DNA of 63,317 bases, the filler included, from Octopus bimaculoides (Eukaryota), in NCBI RefSeq assembly GCF_001194135.2. It is 6 parts of 6 records of this genome, joined end to end, with 100 filler letters (N's around TTAATTAATTAA, not from the genome) between each part and the next. Parts side by side here need not be neighbours in the genome. Positions count along the whole stretch, not along the records: positions 44,590 to 58,130 come from NC_068991.1; positions 58,231 to 61,586 come from NC_068988.1; positions 61,687 to 63,317 come from NW_026361962.1; 3 more parts are not named here. One strand, written 5' to 3'. Position numbers and translations under genes: made by a program. Below are positions 47,991 to 62,760 of the stretch, piece after piece (the first letter of the stretch is position 1; the number at the start of each line of letters is the position of its first letter). The notes below the pieces were generated by a model. It did not search any database. It was not told the DNA's origin and saw only the letters and a program-made list of their open reading frames with translations.

Positions 47991-49570
47991 TAAAAGTTTT
48001 AAAAATATAGGCAGACTGCTGTTACCTTGTTTTATTAAGCATATTTGCGAACGAATATGACTTAGTAACATGTCTCATGCTTTCGTTAAATGTTTTTGAT
48101 GTCCATGTAATCCCGAATAGACAGGCACCCCGCTCGACTCTCCCACGCTTTGACTCAGCAATGCATTCAATATGAGACATATTGGGGATAGAGCGGCACC
48201 AGCGCTGACATAGTACTCATTTGTCAACAACTAAACTGCAACAGTGCAAAATGAAATGTCATGTTTAAAAAAACAACTTGTGCCACCCTCTTCAAGGATT
48301 GAAGCTACGTCGTTCTGATTGGGAACCGAAACTATCTCTTCATTTGACCACATGTTTTCAGTAGATATGTGCAGCAAAATTATGTGTATAACACATATTC
48401 CAAGATGTATTTAATAAACAAACATCAAAACATAAACAACATTGAGAAAGGAAAAACAGTGAAATGTAGACAAACAACAACCGGTAGGTGTATTTATAAG
48501 CTTAATTATTGATGACATCTCAATTATGACAAAATTAACAGTCAAGCATTAGTATATTGAACTTGTTATGGAAAGGACGTCGGTTTTTCTCCTCTAACTA
48601 GCATTGCATTCCACATGCGGTCAAAAATACATAACTCTCTAAATACCAAAGCACTTAAATATTTAAGTGCTGGCAAGTCAATGAAGGAACGTCTGCATAG
48701 CCGCTTAAACTGCTTGAAATAGCTGCCTAATCTCATTCAAATCATCGCAGGATCTTTTTTGAAATGTCTGTATGGATAATGGAATTTGCTTGTACACGGA
48801 GGAAAGATTGGAAAGTCACAAACAGAATGCATCTAATCATAGGTATTTTGATCAGTATTAATGTTTAAGTAGGACTAGACAACTACTACAAGGTATTGCA
48901 TGTTAGGAACCGGCAGTCGCTCTCAGTGTTGTCTTCACGTTGAAATAAAAGAGTATTTCATACATTCTGGATACACTTCCTCCTGATTATAGCTTGGAGA
49001 GCGACGAGTTCCGTGAATGTTATTTGAAAACAAAACCTTTAGTGGCTCTTCAGTTACCAAATAGGTTATGGGATTCATCACCACAAACAAGTTAATAGGA
49101 TATTGAATAGAATAAAATAGAAAGGGCTAAAATGTCTGCTGACAAAGGAAATGAATCGCTTTGAGTCATAAAATTAGATCGGATATTACAAGAAGAAAAA
49201 AGATATAGAAACGAAATAAAAGCAAGAGGAAGTGCATGTGAAAAAGATTAGAGCTAGTGTTAATAACAAAAATCAATAGCCTTCCTTATTGATTTAATTA
49301 CCCGATGGGCTGTCACAGTCATGCAATACAATGCGGCAATCCTTAAGTGGCACAAAGCAAAACTATAGATATGTTGGATTTAGATTCTAGAAAGATTATG
49401 GCTGAATTCAATCTCGTTGAATAGGACATGCAATCTAATATCTGTTTGTATGATGGGGGTTAGGGTGGATTGAAATAATCAGAAAAACCGGGTTTGATCA
49501 TTACCGAGGGATTTATAACAATTGTAAGAAGTAATTTAGAGCGATTGTCTACAAATAGAGGAAACAAATA

Positions 49571-49604
<34 letters not shown>

Positions 49605-49605
49605 A

Positions 49606-49648
<43 letters not shown>

Positions 49649-49815
49649 ATTCCCAAAACTACTACTACTACTACTACTGCTGCTACTACTGCTGCTGTTG
49701 CCACTACTATTACTACCACTACTGATGCTGCTGCTACAACAACGATGACAACCACGACCACCACCACCGCTGCTTCAACTACTGCTGGTGTTATCATCAT
49801 CGTAATCATCATCAA

Positions 49816-49891
<76 letters not shown>

Positions 49892-49919
49892 CTTCTCATT
49901 ATTAGTTTTATTATTATTG

Positions 49920-50012
<93 letters not shown>

Positions 50013-50109
50013 GACGGTCAGCCGGTCTATCTGCTGTCAGCACCCGTTAAGTGGTTGCCTGGGCACGCCGTGGTCGATGATGTGCCGACATGCGCTGAGG
50101 CTACGACAA

Positions 50110-50440
50110 TCTCCAGTGCTTTCAGCCAATCTTTGATCAACTTCTTCACGTTCCACTTGAAAAGGAAAACAAGGATAGAGAGTGAAGTGTTGTCTTCTAA
50201 CCAGTTTACTGAAAGATAGATGAAAGTGGCGAGAATGGTGCGGGTAAACGGGCCTCCCCTGTGCATACGCCTGTAGTTGGAAAAAAAAAGAAAGGAAAAG
50301 AAGGCACCTGCCCCATAACCCAGGGTACTCGTGGTTTTTTATGGGTTTTTTCCATGAGCAGCCTTAGAACGTCTCCTCCCTATTGAGGATCAGACATTGT
50401 TGATTTTTTAAATTTTGTTAGTCTTGTTTACACGCTAAAC
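50110..50440 (+). mobile_element. Probable 3' end of an L1/Tx1-type LINE
   Basis: LINFFTFHLKRKTRIESEVLSSNQFTER*MKVARMVRVNGPPLCIRL*, resembling an ORF2 C-terminus, followed by an A-rich, UTR-like tract. Recognition from memory only. Confidence 0.45.
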
Positions 50441-50566
50441 CCTAACAACAACACGTTCGCACTCCTATACACACACAGTCCTTGTTTTGTCCTCTACTGT
50501 CCATAACGTATTTCTTAATAAAGAAATCATCATCATCATCATCATTATTACCATCATCATCATCAA

Positions 50567-50624
<58 letters not shown>

Positions 50625-51296
50625 TTCATCATCATTAATCTATCTTTTGCTTTCAACAAATTCTGCACATGAAGGTCTTTATTAAAGACGAAATATAATG
50701 ATTTGTTTTTTCATCAAGTAGGAAAAAAACAAAGAGAAAAATGCATAAATTCAATCAAATACTCACAGACACACATATATACACACACGTGTTTGTGTAT
50801 CAAATATTTTCTTCATGCATGTATGCGTGTGTCTGTGTTTATATGTGTGTGTGTATATACATACACACTCACACATTTTCATGTGCGTGTCGTTGCTTGT
50901 CTGTTTGTCATGAAGCAACGAATCTTTACTAATTCCGCAGGAAGACACAGATGTAAATCACAATGATGCACGAATAAAGAAAAAAAAAAAAGAAAAATTC
51001 CCAGGTCCAATGTTTCACTGGAGTAAAATAGAGACGAATCATGAAAAGAGATGTTAGAGAGACTGAAAGACATAACAGAGCCGTAGATGAATAGTGTTAG
51101 TCTGAGCTGCAGAAGCATTGCCACTCTTTATCTAAAATCCTGCTTTACATTTCCCTTTTAATCTTTCTTTAATTTCCTTCTGTCTCTCCCTCTCTTTCTA
51201 AGTTCCCCTCCTTTCCGTACACACACACACCCCCACACCTTCTCTCTCTCTCTCTCTCTCTCGCTGTTGCATTCTTTAGTCGGTACGCAGTTTATT

Positions 51297-51450
51297 GAGG
51301 GTGCGTGGCCTTGTGGTTAGCGTATTGCACTCATGATCGCAAGTCCGTAGGTACGATCCCCGGACGGGGAGGTGCGATGTGTTCTTGAGCAAAACGCTTC
51401 ATCTCACGTTGCCATGCGATCACTTTGACATCTAAAATATGGTACGTCGC
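51297..51450 (+). mobile_element. tRNA-headed CORE SINE fragment (related copy at about 52240-52457, minus strand)
   Basis: A box tggccttgtggttag, B-box-like ggtacgatccc and CORE-like ttcttgagcaaaacgcttcatctcacgttg. Confidence 0.65.
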
Positions 51451-52481
51451 GCGCATGTACAGGTAATGTGGATTTGATGGAGGTAGTAAGCCTATGGGCA
51501 GCACAAATATTCCATTACTAAAGGCAAATTATCTGTAGTATGTTCAGCAAGAATTTGCAGAGCCGTCTTTCTCCGATAGAGGGAGACTACCATTACTACT
51601 AAGCAATTTCAAATAATATTGATTTCAAATTTTGTCTCAAGGCCAGTAAATTCCGGAGAAGGGGGAAGTCGATTACACAGACCTCCAGTGCTCAACTGGT
51701 ACTCATTTTATCAACACCGAAAGGATGAAAGGCAAACTCGACATTGGGGAAATTTGAACATAAATTGCATTTAGACCGTAAAATCGGACTAAATGCAACT
51801 AAGCATTTTACGCGGCGTGTTCTCGATTCTGCTCGAATTGTTTCATATTTTCAAACGTTTTGTTTATAAAATATTCATGTTAAATGCATTATATATCGGA
51901 CTGATAAACTGTTAATTCTTATAATATTTGAAATATACATGTATGAGGTCGTCATAATTGGGAAGTTCCCGGATTTTGAGGAGGGTGGAACCAACTCTGA
52001 GTCACTTTTGTTCTACTCTGAGCCGGAGTAAATAGCCCCACTGAAGAGGCCCACTGTGCATTAATTAACTTAAATCACCGAAAGTGAGGTTCCCCAAGCT
52101 TTTATCACGGCATCCTTCTAGGAGAGGGGCACTCTAATGTATATGTATATAATGGACCCTCCGTCGAAGATGACGTATGTGTGTCCAGCTTTTTTGCCAA
52201 ACGACCTACACAAATGATTTGTTCATAGTAATCAAATAATGCATGTGCCGTACTTTATTAGCTTACCTTCTCCTTCAAATCGATGTCGTTTGAACAGGAG
52301 CACGATGTGCCACGCGTCAGGTATCGAAATGATCCTAGAGAAACGTGAGACGAAATGTTTTGTTCAAGAATACAAGACATCATCCGGTCTAGGAATTGAA
52401 ACCCCGATCTTGCGATCGTGAGTGCAACAACTTAACCACTAGGCCGTGCGTCCTCGCTATAATAATAATAATAACAACAAC

Positions 52482-52526
<45 letters not shown>

Positions 52527-53329
52527 AATAAATAAATAATGATAATACATTCCCAGGTTCAGTCCTACAGCGTGGTACCTTGGGCACGTGTCTTCTATTA
52601 CAACCNNNNNNNNNNNNNNNNNNNNNNNNNNNNNNNNNNNNNNNNNNNNNNNNNNNNNNNNNNNNNNNNNNNNNNNNNNNNNNNNNNNNNNNNNNNNNNN
52701 NNNNNNNNNNNNNNNNNNNNNNNNNNNNNNNNNNNNNNNNNNNNNNNNNNNNNNNNNNNNNNNNNNNNNNNNNNNNNNNNNNNNNNNNNNNNNNNNNNNN
52801 NNNNNNNNNNNNNNNNNNNNNNNNNNNNNNNNNNNNNNNNNNNNNNNNNNNNNNNNNNNNNNNNNNNNNNNNNNNNNNNNNNNNNNNNNNNNNNNNNNNN
52901 NNNNNNNNNNNNNNNNNNNNNNNNNNNNNNNNNNNNNNNNNNNNNNNNNNNNNNNNNNNNNNNNNNNNNNNNNNNNNNNNNNNNNNNNNNNNNNNNNNNN
53001 NNNNNNNNNNNNNNNNNNNNNNNNNNNNNNNNNNNNNNNNNNNNNNNNNNNNNNNNNNNNNNNNNNNNNNNNNNNNNNNNNNNNNNNNNNNNNNNNNNNN
53101 NNNNNNNNNNNNNNNNNNNNNNNNNNNNNNNNNNNNNNNNNNNNNNNNNNNNNNNNNNNNNNNNNNNNNNNNNNNNNNNNNNNNNNNNNNNNNNNNNNNN
53201 NNNNNNNNNNNNNNNNNNNNNNNNNNNNNNNNNNNNNNNNNNNNNNNNNNNNNNNNNNNNNNNNNNNNNNNNNNNNNNNNNNNNNNNNNNNNNNNNNNNN
53301 NNNNNNNNNNNNNNNNNNNNNNNNNNNNG

Positions 53330-54169
53330 GGGGGAAAAACCTCCTCATCGAAATAAAACTCCGAAAGAAAACCAAAACTTTCAGATAGGGACCGTCGGAC
53401 TCTTATGCGAATTGTTAGAAAGGATCACAAAAGTATAGCTCCCAAAATTGTTGCAGAGCTTAATGACCACCTCAGAACCAAGTTTCCACAAAAACTGTTC
53501 GCCGGGAGCTGCATAAAGCCGGATTTCACGGGAGGGCTGCAATCAGAAAACCTCTACTTTCAAAAACAAACGTTGTAAAGCGTTTAGAGTGGAGTAAAAA
53601 CCTACAGAATCGGTCCCTAGAGTAGCGGAAGAATGTTATTTTCTCGGATGAGTCATCCTTTACCGTATGTCCGACCTCCGGTCGAGTATACGTGTGGGGA
53701 CAGCCAAAAGAAGCATTTGGCCCAGACTGCCTTCTTCCAATTGTTAAACATGGAAGAGGATCTATGATCATCTGGGTGGGTGGGGCTATATCTTGGAAAT
53801 CCTATGGTTGGGAACTGTTTCCAGAGGGAAACGCAGTCGTTCAGGATTATAATACACCAATTCATACAACTAAAGTTGTTCTGAATGGCACGAGGAGCAT
53901 TCTAGTGAACTTAAACATCTTATCTGGCCACCACAGTCCCCAGATCTCAATATTATTGAACATTTATGGTGCATTTTAGAAAAACGAGTAACTGGAGACT
54001 GTTTTAGCTGAAGAATGGACAAACATTCCTTTGGAAACCATTCAAACTTTGTACGAGTCCATACCTCGTAGAATTCAAGTTGTAATTACTGCCAAAGGCG
54101 GTCTCACTCCATATTAAAATAAATTTGTTGGAAATTTTAAGGTGTTTCTGTTATTTCGTCCAACCCTTG
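53330..54169 (+). pseudogene. Tc1 (DD34E) element remnant with its 3' TIR
   Basis: [68 protein letters not shown] and IPRRIQVVITAKGGLTPY*. Ends in ...gtccaacccttg|TA. Confidence 0.92.
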
Positions 54170-55162
54170 TATATCAGTATTTTGATAAAAACTTTATAGA
54201 TCAAAAACAAGTCATTGGAAAAAGAAAAGATTTAGTCATTTTTTAAGATCAAATCTTCTCAGACAGTTCTACAAGCCTGACCACAAACAAACCACCATCC
54301 TAACCTGCCGCCTTCACCGCCAACACCATCATTATCTTCCTCATTATCATCAACTCCCCCAACATCACCACAAGTCGCTATCATTGTAATTACCGACGTC
54401 AACAGATCTCAAAATAATCATCATTACCACCACCACCACTACTACCACTAGAACCACCACCACCGTAACTACTATCACCGACGCCATCTATACAATCGCC
54501 ACCACAAACCACAGTCACCATCATTATTGTCATCTTCGTTATCATCATCACCTCCACCAGCATCATTGACCATATCACAAACAAACATACAGTAATCTGT
54601 TCGTGCAGGCACACAGCTCTACGCATGGAAACAGTATGTGAGAGGGAGAGAGGGGCGAATAACATAAAGAGATAAGGGTAGAATGCGGGAAGAGAGGAAG
54701 AGACACAGGGAGACAGAGGCAGATAAAGACAGAGTGAGAAAAGGGAAAGAGAACGGGGAAGATTACGTGAAGAAAGAGAGAGTGAAAGAGAGACTGAAAG
54801 AGAGAGAGACAGAGAGACAGACAGACAAAGAGGATTGGTAAAATAAAGATACATACATACATATATACATACACCAAAGATACCTACATAATAAGCAGTT
54901 GTCCGAAAATGTCATCACGGTATTATCTGCCGATGAGACATATATATGTAGAAAGAGAAAGGGAGAGAGACCAGTGAGAAGGAATTATCAACACGGCATT
55001 GGTGGATGAATATTTCTGATTTGTGGATTAACCAGGCTACCATTGGTTTCATGTTAAGTGAGTTTCTTCTTAACAATCATCAAACCTGCCACACGGAACG
55101 TTGGTCTTCGTCTCTATATTCGATGAATGTGTGTTTGTGTGTGTTTGTGTGTNNNNNNNNNN

Positions 55163-55242
<80 letters not shown>

Positions 55243-55517
55243 ATTAATGAGAGAGACGGAAGACGAAAGGTACGAGAATCTTTATTGATCACTACAATCA
55301 TTTTTTACCCATTTGGTATCGATCACACGTGGGTGGGATATTGCACAACTAATTTAGGTGTACCCTTTGGTGTTGATGTGACTCCTTGGGTGATTTCAAG
55401 GGGTATCTCTCGCATAGCGTATCACTTCATGTTTTCTTCTTGGTTTTCCGAGATACAAATAGCAAATTAAGAGATACGACTTCATTCTTATAGAACACTA
55501 ACCCAGTGAACATGCGT

Positions 55518-55565
<48 letters not shown>

Positions 55566-55572
55566 CAGCAGC

Positions 55573-55618
<46 letters not shown>

Positions 55619-55837
55619 CAATGAACGGGACGTTTGAACTGTTTTGTTATATTTGTGTGTGAGCGTGTGTATAATAATGATGGTTGTCGCGGTGTTGCTA
55701 TGTAAGATAACATGCAAGGGAGAGAATTTGTCAAAAATAAACATTAAAACATTACTAATACAATGACAATTGAACAGAAAGAGAAAAAGAGAGGCACAGA
55801 AAGAGAGCGAGAGAAAGTGTAGGAGAGAGGAGGGAGA

Positions 55838-55877
<40 letters not shown>

Positions 55878-55961
55878 AATGTCCTATCTTGATAACATGA
55901 CAGTCCTCAGGGACCACTTGGATAAATAACATACAAACACGCAAACACGCAAATAAACGCA

Positions 55962-56019
<58 letters not shown>

Positions 56020-56361
56020 ACTTTATAAAGTTCAACATAAATAAAATGAATGTTTGCGCACCTAGACATACTCACATGCAAACATAAGCACGCACATGCA
56101 CATATGCATACACGCATACACGCACGTGTGCATACATGTGTGTGTGTAATAGAAGCACACGTACGCGACGAGGGATCCGTAATAACAAAACTAGCGCCCT
56201 AAATAAAAGGTACACAGAGATACACACAGACAAAAACACCTATGCATATATACATATATACTGAAATACATATTATATACCTACATACATACATACAGAC
56301 AGAGAGACAGACAGATTGATAGATATATAATATACATACATACATATATATAAATATATGC

Positions 56362-56396
<35 letters not shown>

Positions 56397-56397
56397 T

Positions 56398-56449
<52 letters not shown>

Positions 56450-57651
56450 GCATACATAAATACATACATAAGTATTTACGCACCGGCAAGCGTACATATA
56501 TATACCATGCCTATAGAAATACACCCTTAGACATCAATACAATCGAACACAAAGCACATCACATCCATACACACGCATCTAATATACTCGGTATACATAC
56601 ATTCAATCGTATGTACATATGTACACACGTACATAAATGTATGCATATACATATATACATGTAGATAATAATAATAATAATGATAATAATATATATATAT
56701 ATACATAAGATCGAAAGNNNNNNNNNNNNNNNNNNNNNNNNNNNNNNNNNNNNNNNNNNNNNNNNNNNNNNNNNNNNNNNNNNNNNNNNNNNNNNNNNNN
56801 NNNNNNNNNNNNNNNNNNNNNNNNNNNNNNNNNNNNNNNNNNNNNNNNNNNNNNNNNNNNNNNNNNNNNNNNNNNNNNNNNNNNNNNNNNNNNNNNNNNN
56901 NNNNNNNNNNNNNNNNNNNNNNNNNNNNNNNNNNNNNNNNNNNNNNNNNNNNNNNNNNNNNNNNNNNNNNNNNNNNNNNNNNNNNNNNNNNNNNNNNNNN
57001 NNNNNNNNNNNNNNNNNNNNNNNNNNNNNNNNNNNNNNNNNNNNNNNNNNNNNNNNNNNNNNNNNNNNNNNNNNNNNNNNNNNNNNNNNNNNNNNNNNNN
57101 NNNNNNNNNNNNNNNNNNNNNNNNNNNNNNNNNNNNNNNNNNNNNNNNNNNNNNNNNNNNNNNNNNNNNNNNNNNNNNNNNNNNNNNNNNNNNNNNNNNN
57201 NNNNNNNNNNNNNNNNNNNNNNNNNNNNNNNNNNNNNNNNNNNNNNNNNNNNNNNNNNNNNNNNNNNNNNNNNNNNNNNNNNNNNNNNNNNNNNNNNNNN
57301 NNNNNNNNNNNNNNNNNNNNNNNNNNNNNNNNNNNNNNNNNNNNNNNNNNNNNNNNNNNNNNNNNNNNNNNNNNNNNNNNNNNNNNNNNNNNNNNNNNNN
57401 NNNNNNNNNNNNNNNNNNNNNNNNNNNNNNNNNNNNNNNNNNNNNNNNNNNNNNNNNNNNNNNNNNNNNNNNNNNNNNNNNNNNNNNNNNNNNNNNNNNN
57501 NNNNNNNNNNNNNNNNNNNNNNNNNNNNNNNNNNNNNNNNNNNNNNNNNNNNNNNNNNNNNNNNNNNNNNNNNNNNNNNNNNNNNNNNNNNNNNNNNNNN
57601 NNNNNNNNNNNNNNNNNNNNNNNNNNNNNNNNNNNNNNNNNNNNNNNNNNN

Positions 57652-57705
<54 letters not shown>

Positions 57706-59368
57706 TGTATATCTTGTGTGTATAGTTAGAGGGACGGTCTTTACTGTTGATTTTAGAGCTGTGCATAGATTTTGTTCAAGCAATTTTCTAGTATAGTGCA
57801 TAGGTTACTAATATACTTAATAGCAATACTGGTTTTGATATACAGACCAAATTTAGGAGGAATTATGATAAACACCTGTAAAATCATGTAATAAGGCAAT
57901 CCCCAGGTGATCCGTTGTGGTGAAGCATCTAATTGCACTTGTAACATCTGATACTGTCGTTCCAAACAACTACAACGCCGACACATACGTGACGAACAAA
58001 CGTTATAAATGTGTATTCATCATAACTTCTTCTGATACATACACACACACACACATGCAGACACTCACACACACATATATACATGTATGTATGTATATAT
58101 ATATATATATACATGTATGTATGTATATATNNNNNNNNNNNNNNNNNNNNNNNNNNNNNNNNNNNNNNNNNNNNTTAATTAATTAANNNNNNNNNNNNNN
58201 NNNNNNNNNNNNNNNNNNNNNNNNNNNNNNATATATATATATATATATATACGTATACATCTGTGTATGTATACGTATCCATTTGTGTACGTCTAAATAT
58301 TTTATGTATAATATATAATATATATGTATGTATTTATATGCACACATATGGATTCTCTGATGTCTTACAAGTTACATTTATATCAATGCTAATCAGATAT
58401 ATTTAGAAGCAAGATCAAGTGGAATAAGAATATATCAGTAATACAGGCACACCTTAAGAGATAGTTTTCTCTATGTTCATCGAATTTTATTCATGCTAAC
58501 GAAATTTTCTGCATAAAACAAATCCTTACCGATAGAAACTTAGAGATATAAAAAAAGATACTTCAATTCCCGTGCAGGCATCTACGTGGTTGTAAGATAT
58601 TTTTAAACAATAGCAACCTAATCCCTCCTCAAATCATGTTTTATCATTGAATATGACATCGTTCTCAAAAAAAAAAAAAAACATGTTCCGAAATGTGCAT
58701 GGCTGCTGCGAATGTGGTTCCACGTGACCGCGAGACCAACTGAAAATAGCACTTTACTATTTGTTCAAATCACACTTCGCTGTTTTAAAAACGAGACAAG
58801 CATATACTATACAATGAAGTCTGAGTTGTTGGTGGAATAACTTTACTCAGAGGTCTTTTCTTCTCGAGTTGTTCTCAGGCTAAAACGGCATATCTACATG
58901 CATTATGAACCTGTGGGCTTTCACGCCCATATCGGATTAAGTGGAATATATACGATCATTAATTTAAAAATAGCAGTTGATTGAAAGTGAAAGTACAAAC
59001 AATGCCAACTATTTTATTTTATTTCAAGTTTTAGTTTTACTAAAAAAATTGTCTAATCTCTTTCAACAACAGCAAGAAAGTAATAGAAGTGTTGGCCAAT
59101 ATATTAATTCTCAAATGGCTGTTTATCAACAGGTCAAAACTGATTGGGTGACGGAGTGCCGATTTCCAAAGTGTTCTGGTAGCCGTATCCTTCGAACTAA
59201 TTTATCTAACATGTCCTGTTTCGATTTTCATGGAAATAAATGTGTCAAGTTTTGGAGATGTCATGAGATCGCATGAAGACTCTAAATTTGGCGTAAATGT
59301 TAACATATAGGCCAATTAATAAATAAATGCAAATACACACGTGCATATGTTATTATTATTATTATTAC

Positions 59369-59435
<67 letters not shown>

Positions 59436-59665
59436 TTGTATCTTTATGTATATATTTGCAATATTATGCATAGCATAAAGCGGCATGCTGGTAGAATCGT
59501 TGGCACTTCAAGAAAAATGCTTTGTGGCATTTCGATCGTATTTTCGTTCTTCGTTCAAATTCCACCGAAGTTGACAATCTTTTTCCCTTCGAGATCGATG
59601 AAACAAGTATCCTACCCCGAAATTGCTGGTCTTCTGCTAAAATTTGAAACCAATATTCTGCGTAA

Positions 59666-59697
<32 letters not shown>

Positions 59698-60924
59698 AAA
59701 ATAAATAGATAGATAGATAGGGATTTGTATTTATATACTCATATAAAATTATGTTTATTATCTATCTATGTATGTACATAAATATATATGTGTTTCCTCT
59801 GACCCACTTCCGGTTATTGCAGGATACGGAACTTGAACATGTATAATCATACATGCTTCTACATGTCATATTGTAAATTGTAGCTCTTCACTAGATCCAC
59901 CCTTACCCTGTGCCACAAGGATGGGGGTAGATCTATATTATATTACAGCAATTCCAATATCTTACTAATAAATTGATTTATTAATTCATCCACACAGGAG
60001 TAAGAGGAGTGAACAGCCTTGACCTAAGAACTGTTGGTGTTTTATTAAACACATTTTCAACGGCTGTTAACACTTGTCACTTTCAATGTATTTGTAAATT
60101 AAGTAATTAAGACTTATTCAAAGTGAGATTTCTATAATTTTCTCTTTACTTGCAATTTAACAGTTACGCATAACATTTATGCATTGCAATTGATTATTTA
60201 AGAAAATTATATGATTTTTATTCGGAGTTAGTAAAGTTAAATGCATCTGCAAGCTGAGGAAAAGCTAGTTATAGTATTTTAGTTCAATCACTGGAAATAA
60301 TATAAGGAAAGAGTCGTAAGAAAATTAAAACCCATCATAAACTAATTACAGACACTAAAAGCTTAGCCAATATCTCATGAGCAAGAAGATATATTTATAT
60401 ATCTGTATGTATCGTTATTTGAAAGAATGCTTCTCTGAAGTCACGACGACATTTCAAATTAGGTCTTCCAATTAAGGTTCGCTTCCTGATTAGCACATTA
60501 CTCGTTGCTTTTGCTGAGATTCCATTAATTGTTGAGTTTATCAACAGATTTGTAATTACTGCTTTGTTCTATGATAATTGCAACAGCTTACTGCAGTTCC
60601 TGCCAATGATAATGATGATGGTGCACATTACCAAACGTTAATTTACTTTTGAATTTTCGTATAAAGGAAACAAACTACACTTAATCATTCAAAAATTAAG
60701 ACGACATTTTCGTGTCTCCCCACCACCTGTAATTTGTTTGTTTATTTTATCAGTTTCTATTTGATGAACGGCTATATTAACAAGAAAAATATGTAAAGTC
60801 AGCAGTTTATATACTATAAAACATTTATTTTTGTTCGACCAACAATTACCATCTATTCATCAATAATACACGAGACATAACTATGTTGTCTGTGTATGTA
60901 TGTGTGTGTATGTGTGTGTGTGTG

Positions 60925-60961
<37 letters not shown>

Positions 60962-61689
60962 CAGCATGCGATGAGGCGTAGCTCAATGAAAAATTTTGCA
61001 ACAGTTTCATCTAAATCCTATAATCAGTGTAAGAATTCTTAACACAACGAGTCAGGACATTATAGATCTGGATGGAGACACGAGGTACATATCTTAAATT
61101 GTCGATGCGACTGCATAAAGATTCTGTGGTTACCACATAGAACTGAGATATACATTTGCTTTGTATGTTGTGAAGTCGATAAAACAGATATTGCTGCTCT
61201 ATATAGAACACGGTAAACTGACACCATCTCATCTTAAAGCGATGGATTAAGATAGAAACTAAGAATGAAATCAATATATACACCAAGTGAATGACAAATA
61301 AAATGTTTCATTTAAAGAGAGAGAGTGGAAAGAAAATTCAGTGATGTGAAGAGAGAGATTTTTCAATAACTTATGTGATTATTACTATCTTTTTCCATCC
61401 ACTCATTCAGAGTATTAAAAGTCTCTTTAGCTATATTTCCTTAAGCAATATTGGCTTGCAAGTGGATACAGTTTCGTAGTTTCGTTATTTTGATGTCTGT
61501 TTGCTATATATTTTTAAACGTTCGAAAGTGTGTGTAGAATTTTGTCTGTTTTATGTTCTGTTTGAATTATATATATATATATATATNNNNNNNNNNNNNN
61601 NNNNNNNNNNNNNNNNNNNNNNNNNNNNNNTTAATTAATTAANNNNNNNNNNNNNNNNNNNNNNNNNNNNNNNNNNNNNNNNNNNNTTT

Positions 61690-62760
61690 AATTTAATATT
61701 TCAACTGTGTATATGTAACTATTGGGGAATTCTAGTGTGTGGCATTATTCTATATATATATATTTTTTAACTATATTTCTAAAGATATATAGACATGTTT
61801 TAGAATATATATTATATTGGGCTCAAGACTTTTCACTGCTCAGTTTCAAATTCTATTTTAATTTAATGTGATTATTATTATTATTACTTATAAAGGTCGG
61901 TCTATCTTAATCGATTCATACCCAATAAATTTTTTTAAATGTACACACCTCTCTCTCTCTCTCTATTTTAATTTAAATATATTTATGAAGTGTCTAAGAT
62001 TTATACAATCCTATGAATAGCATAAGTATTTAAACGTTCTCTGTTTCATATTTTTCAATACAAGTGTTTTTAATTTTCGTCAGAAGATTCCATTTCAAAT
62101 CCTATTTTAATTTAATATGAATATTTNNNNNNNNNNNNNNNNNNNNNNNGGGGGAATTCTAGTGTGTGCCGTTATTCCATATATATTTCAACTATTGGGC
62201 TCAAAAGACTATTCAAAAAATTATTTGAAAAACATGTTAATATAGTATTTAAAAGACAAGGTAAGCTTTATATTTANNNNNNNNNNNNNNNNNNNNNNNN
62301 NNNNNNNNNNTCTTGTTTTGAGATTAACATGGGCTAATTACAAATTTAGATTTATTTAAGTCAAAATATAAAATAAACGACACTACTATTAAAAGCTTTG
62401 AAAATAATAAGGATCCTTTTAGAGTCAAGCATTAAATAAAGTGTACATTATATATTACATTAATAATTTGTAATTAGCCCATGTTAATCTCAAAACAAGT
62501 TCATGTNNNNNNNNNNNNNNNNNNNNNNNNNNNNNNNNNNNNNNNNNNNNNNNNNNNNNNNNNNNNNNNNNNNNNNNNNNNNNGGGTTTTCTTTTTTGTC
62601 TTTTAAAACTTAATTATTATAAAACTATAGATCATATACTAATTTTTTTACATTATAAAAATAAAGCTTACCTTTTATGTATCTTTTAAATACTATTATA
62701 TTAACAAAAATTATTTTTTCAAATAGTTTTTTGAGCCCATTATAATATTCTTAAACACCT
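61690..62760. repeat. AT-rich foldback-like structure with a perfect 35-bp inner inverted repeat
   Basis: 62312-62346 is the exact reverse complement of 62465-62499. About 62195-62276 is inverted at about 62655-62750. The left side repeats ggggaattctagtgtgtg and tattgggctcaa. Confidence 0.7.

Noticed and set aside
61011-61286. Minus-strand exon (SILIHRFKMRWCQF...)
   Set aside because: An acceptor-like site exists, but the donor is weak and the peptide has no recognisable similarity, so support is too thin to list.
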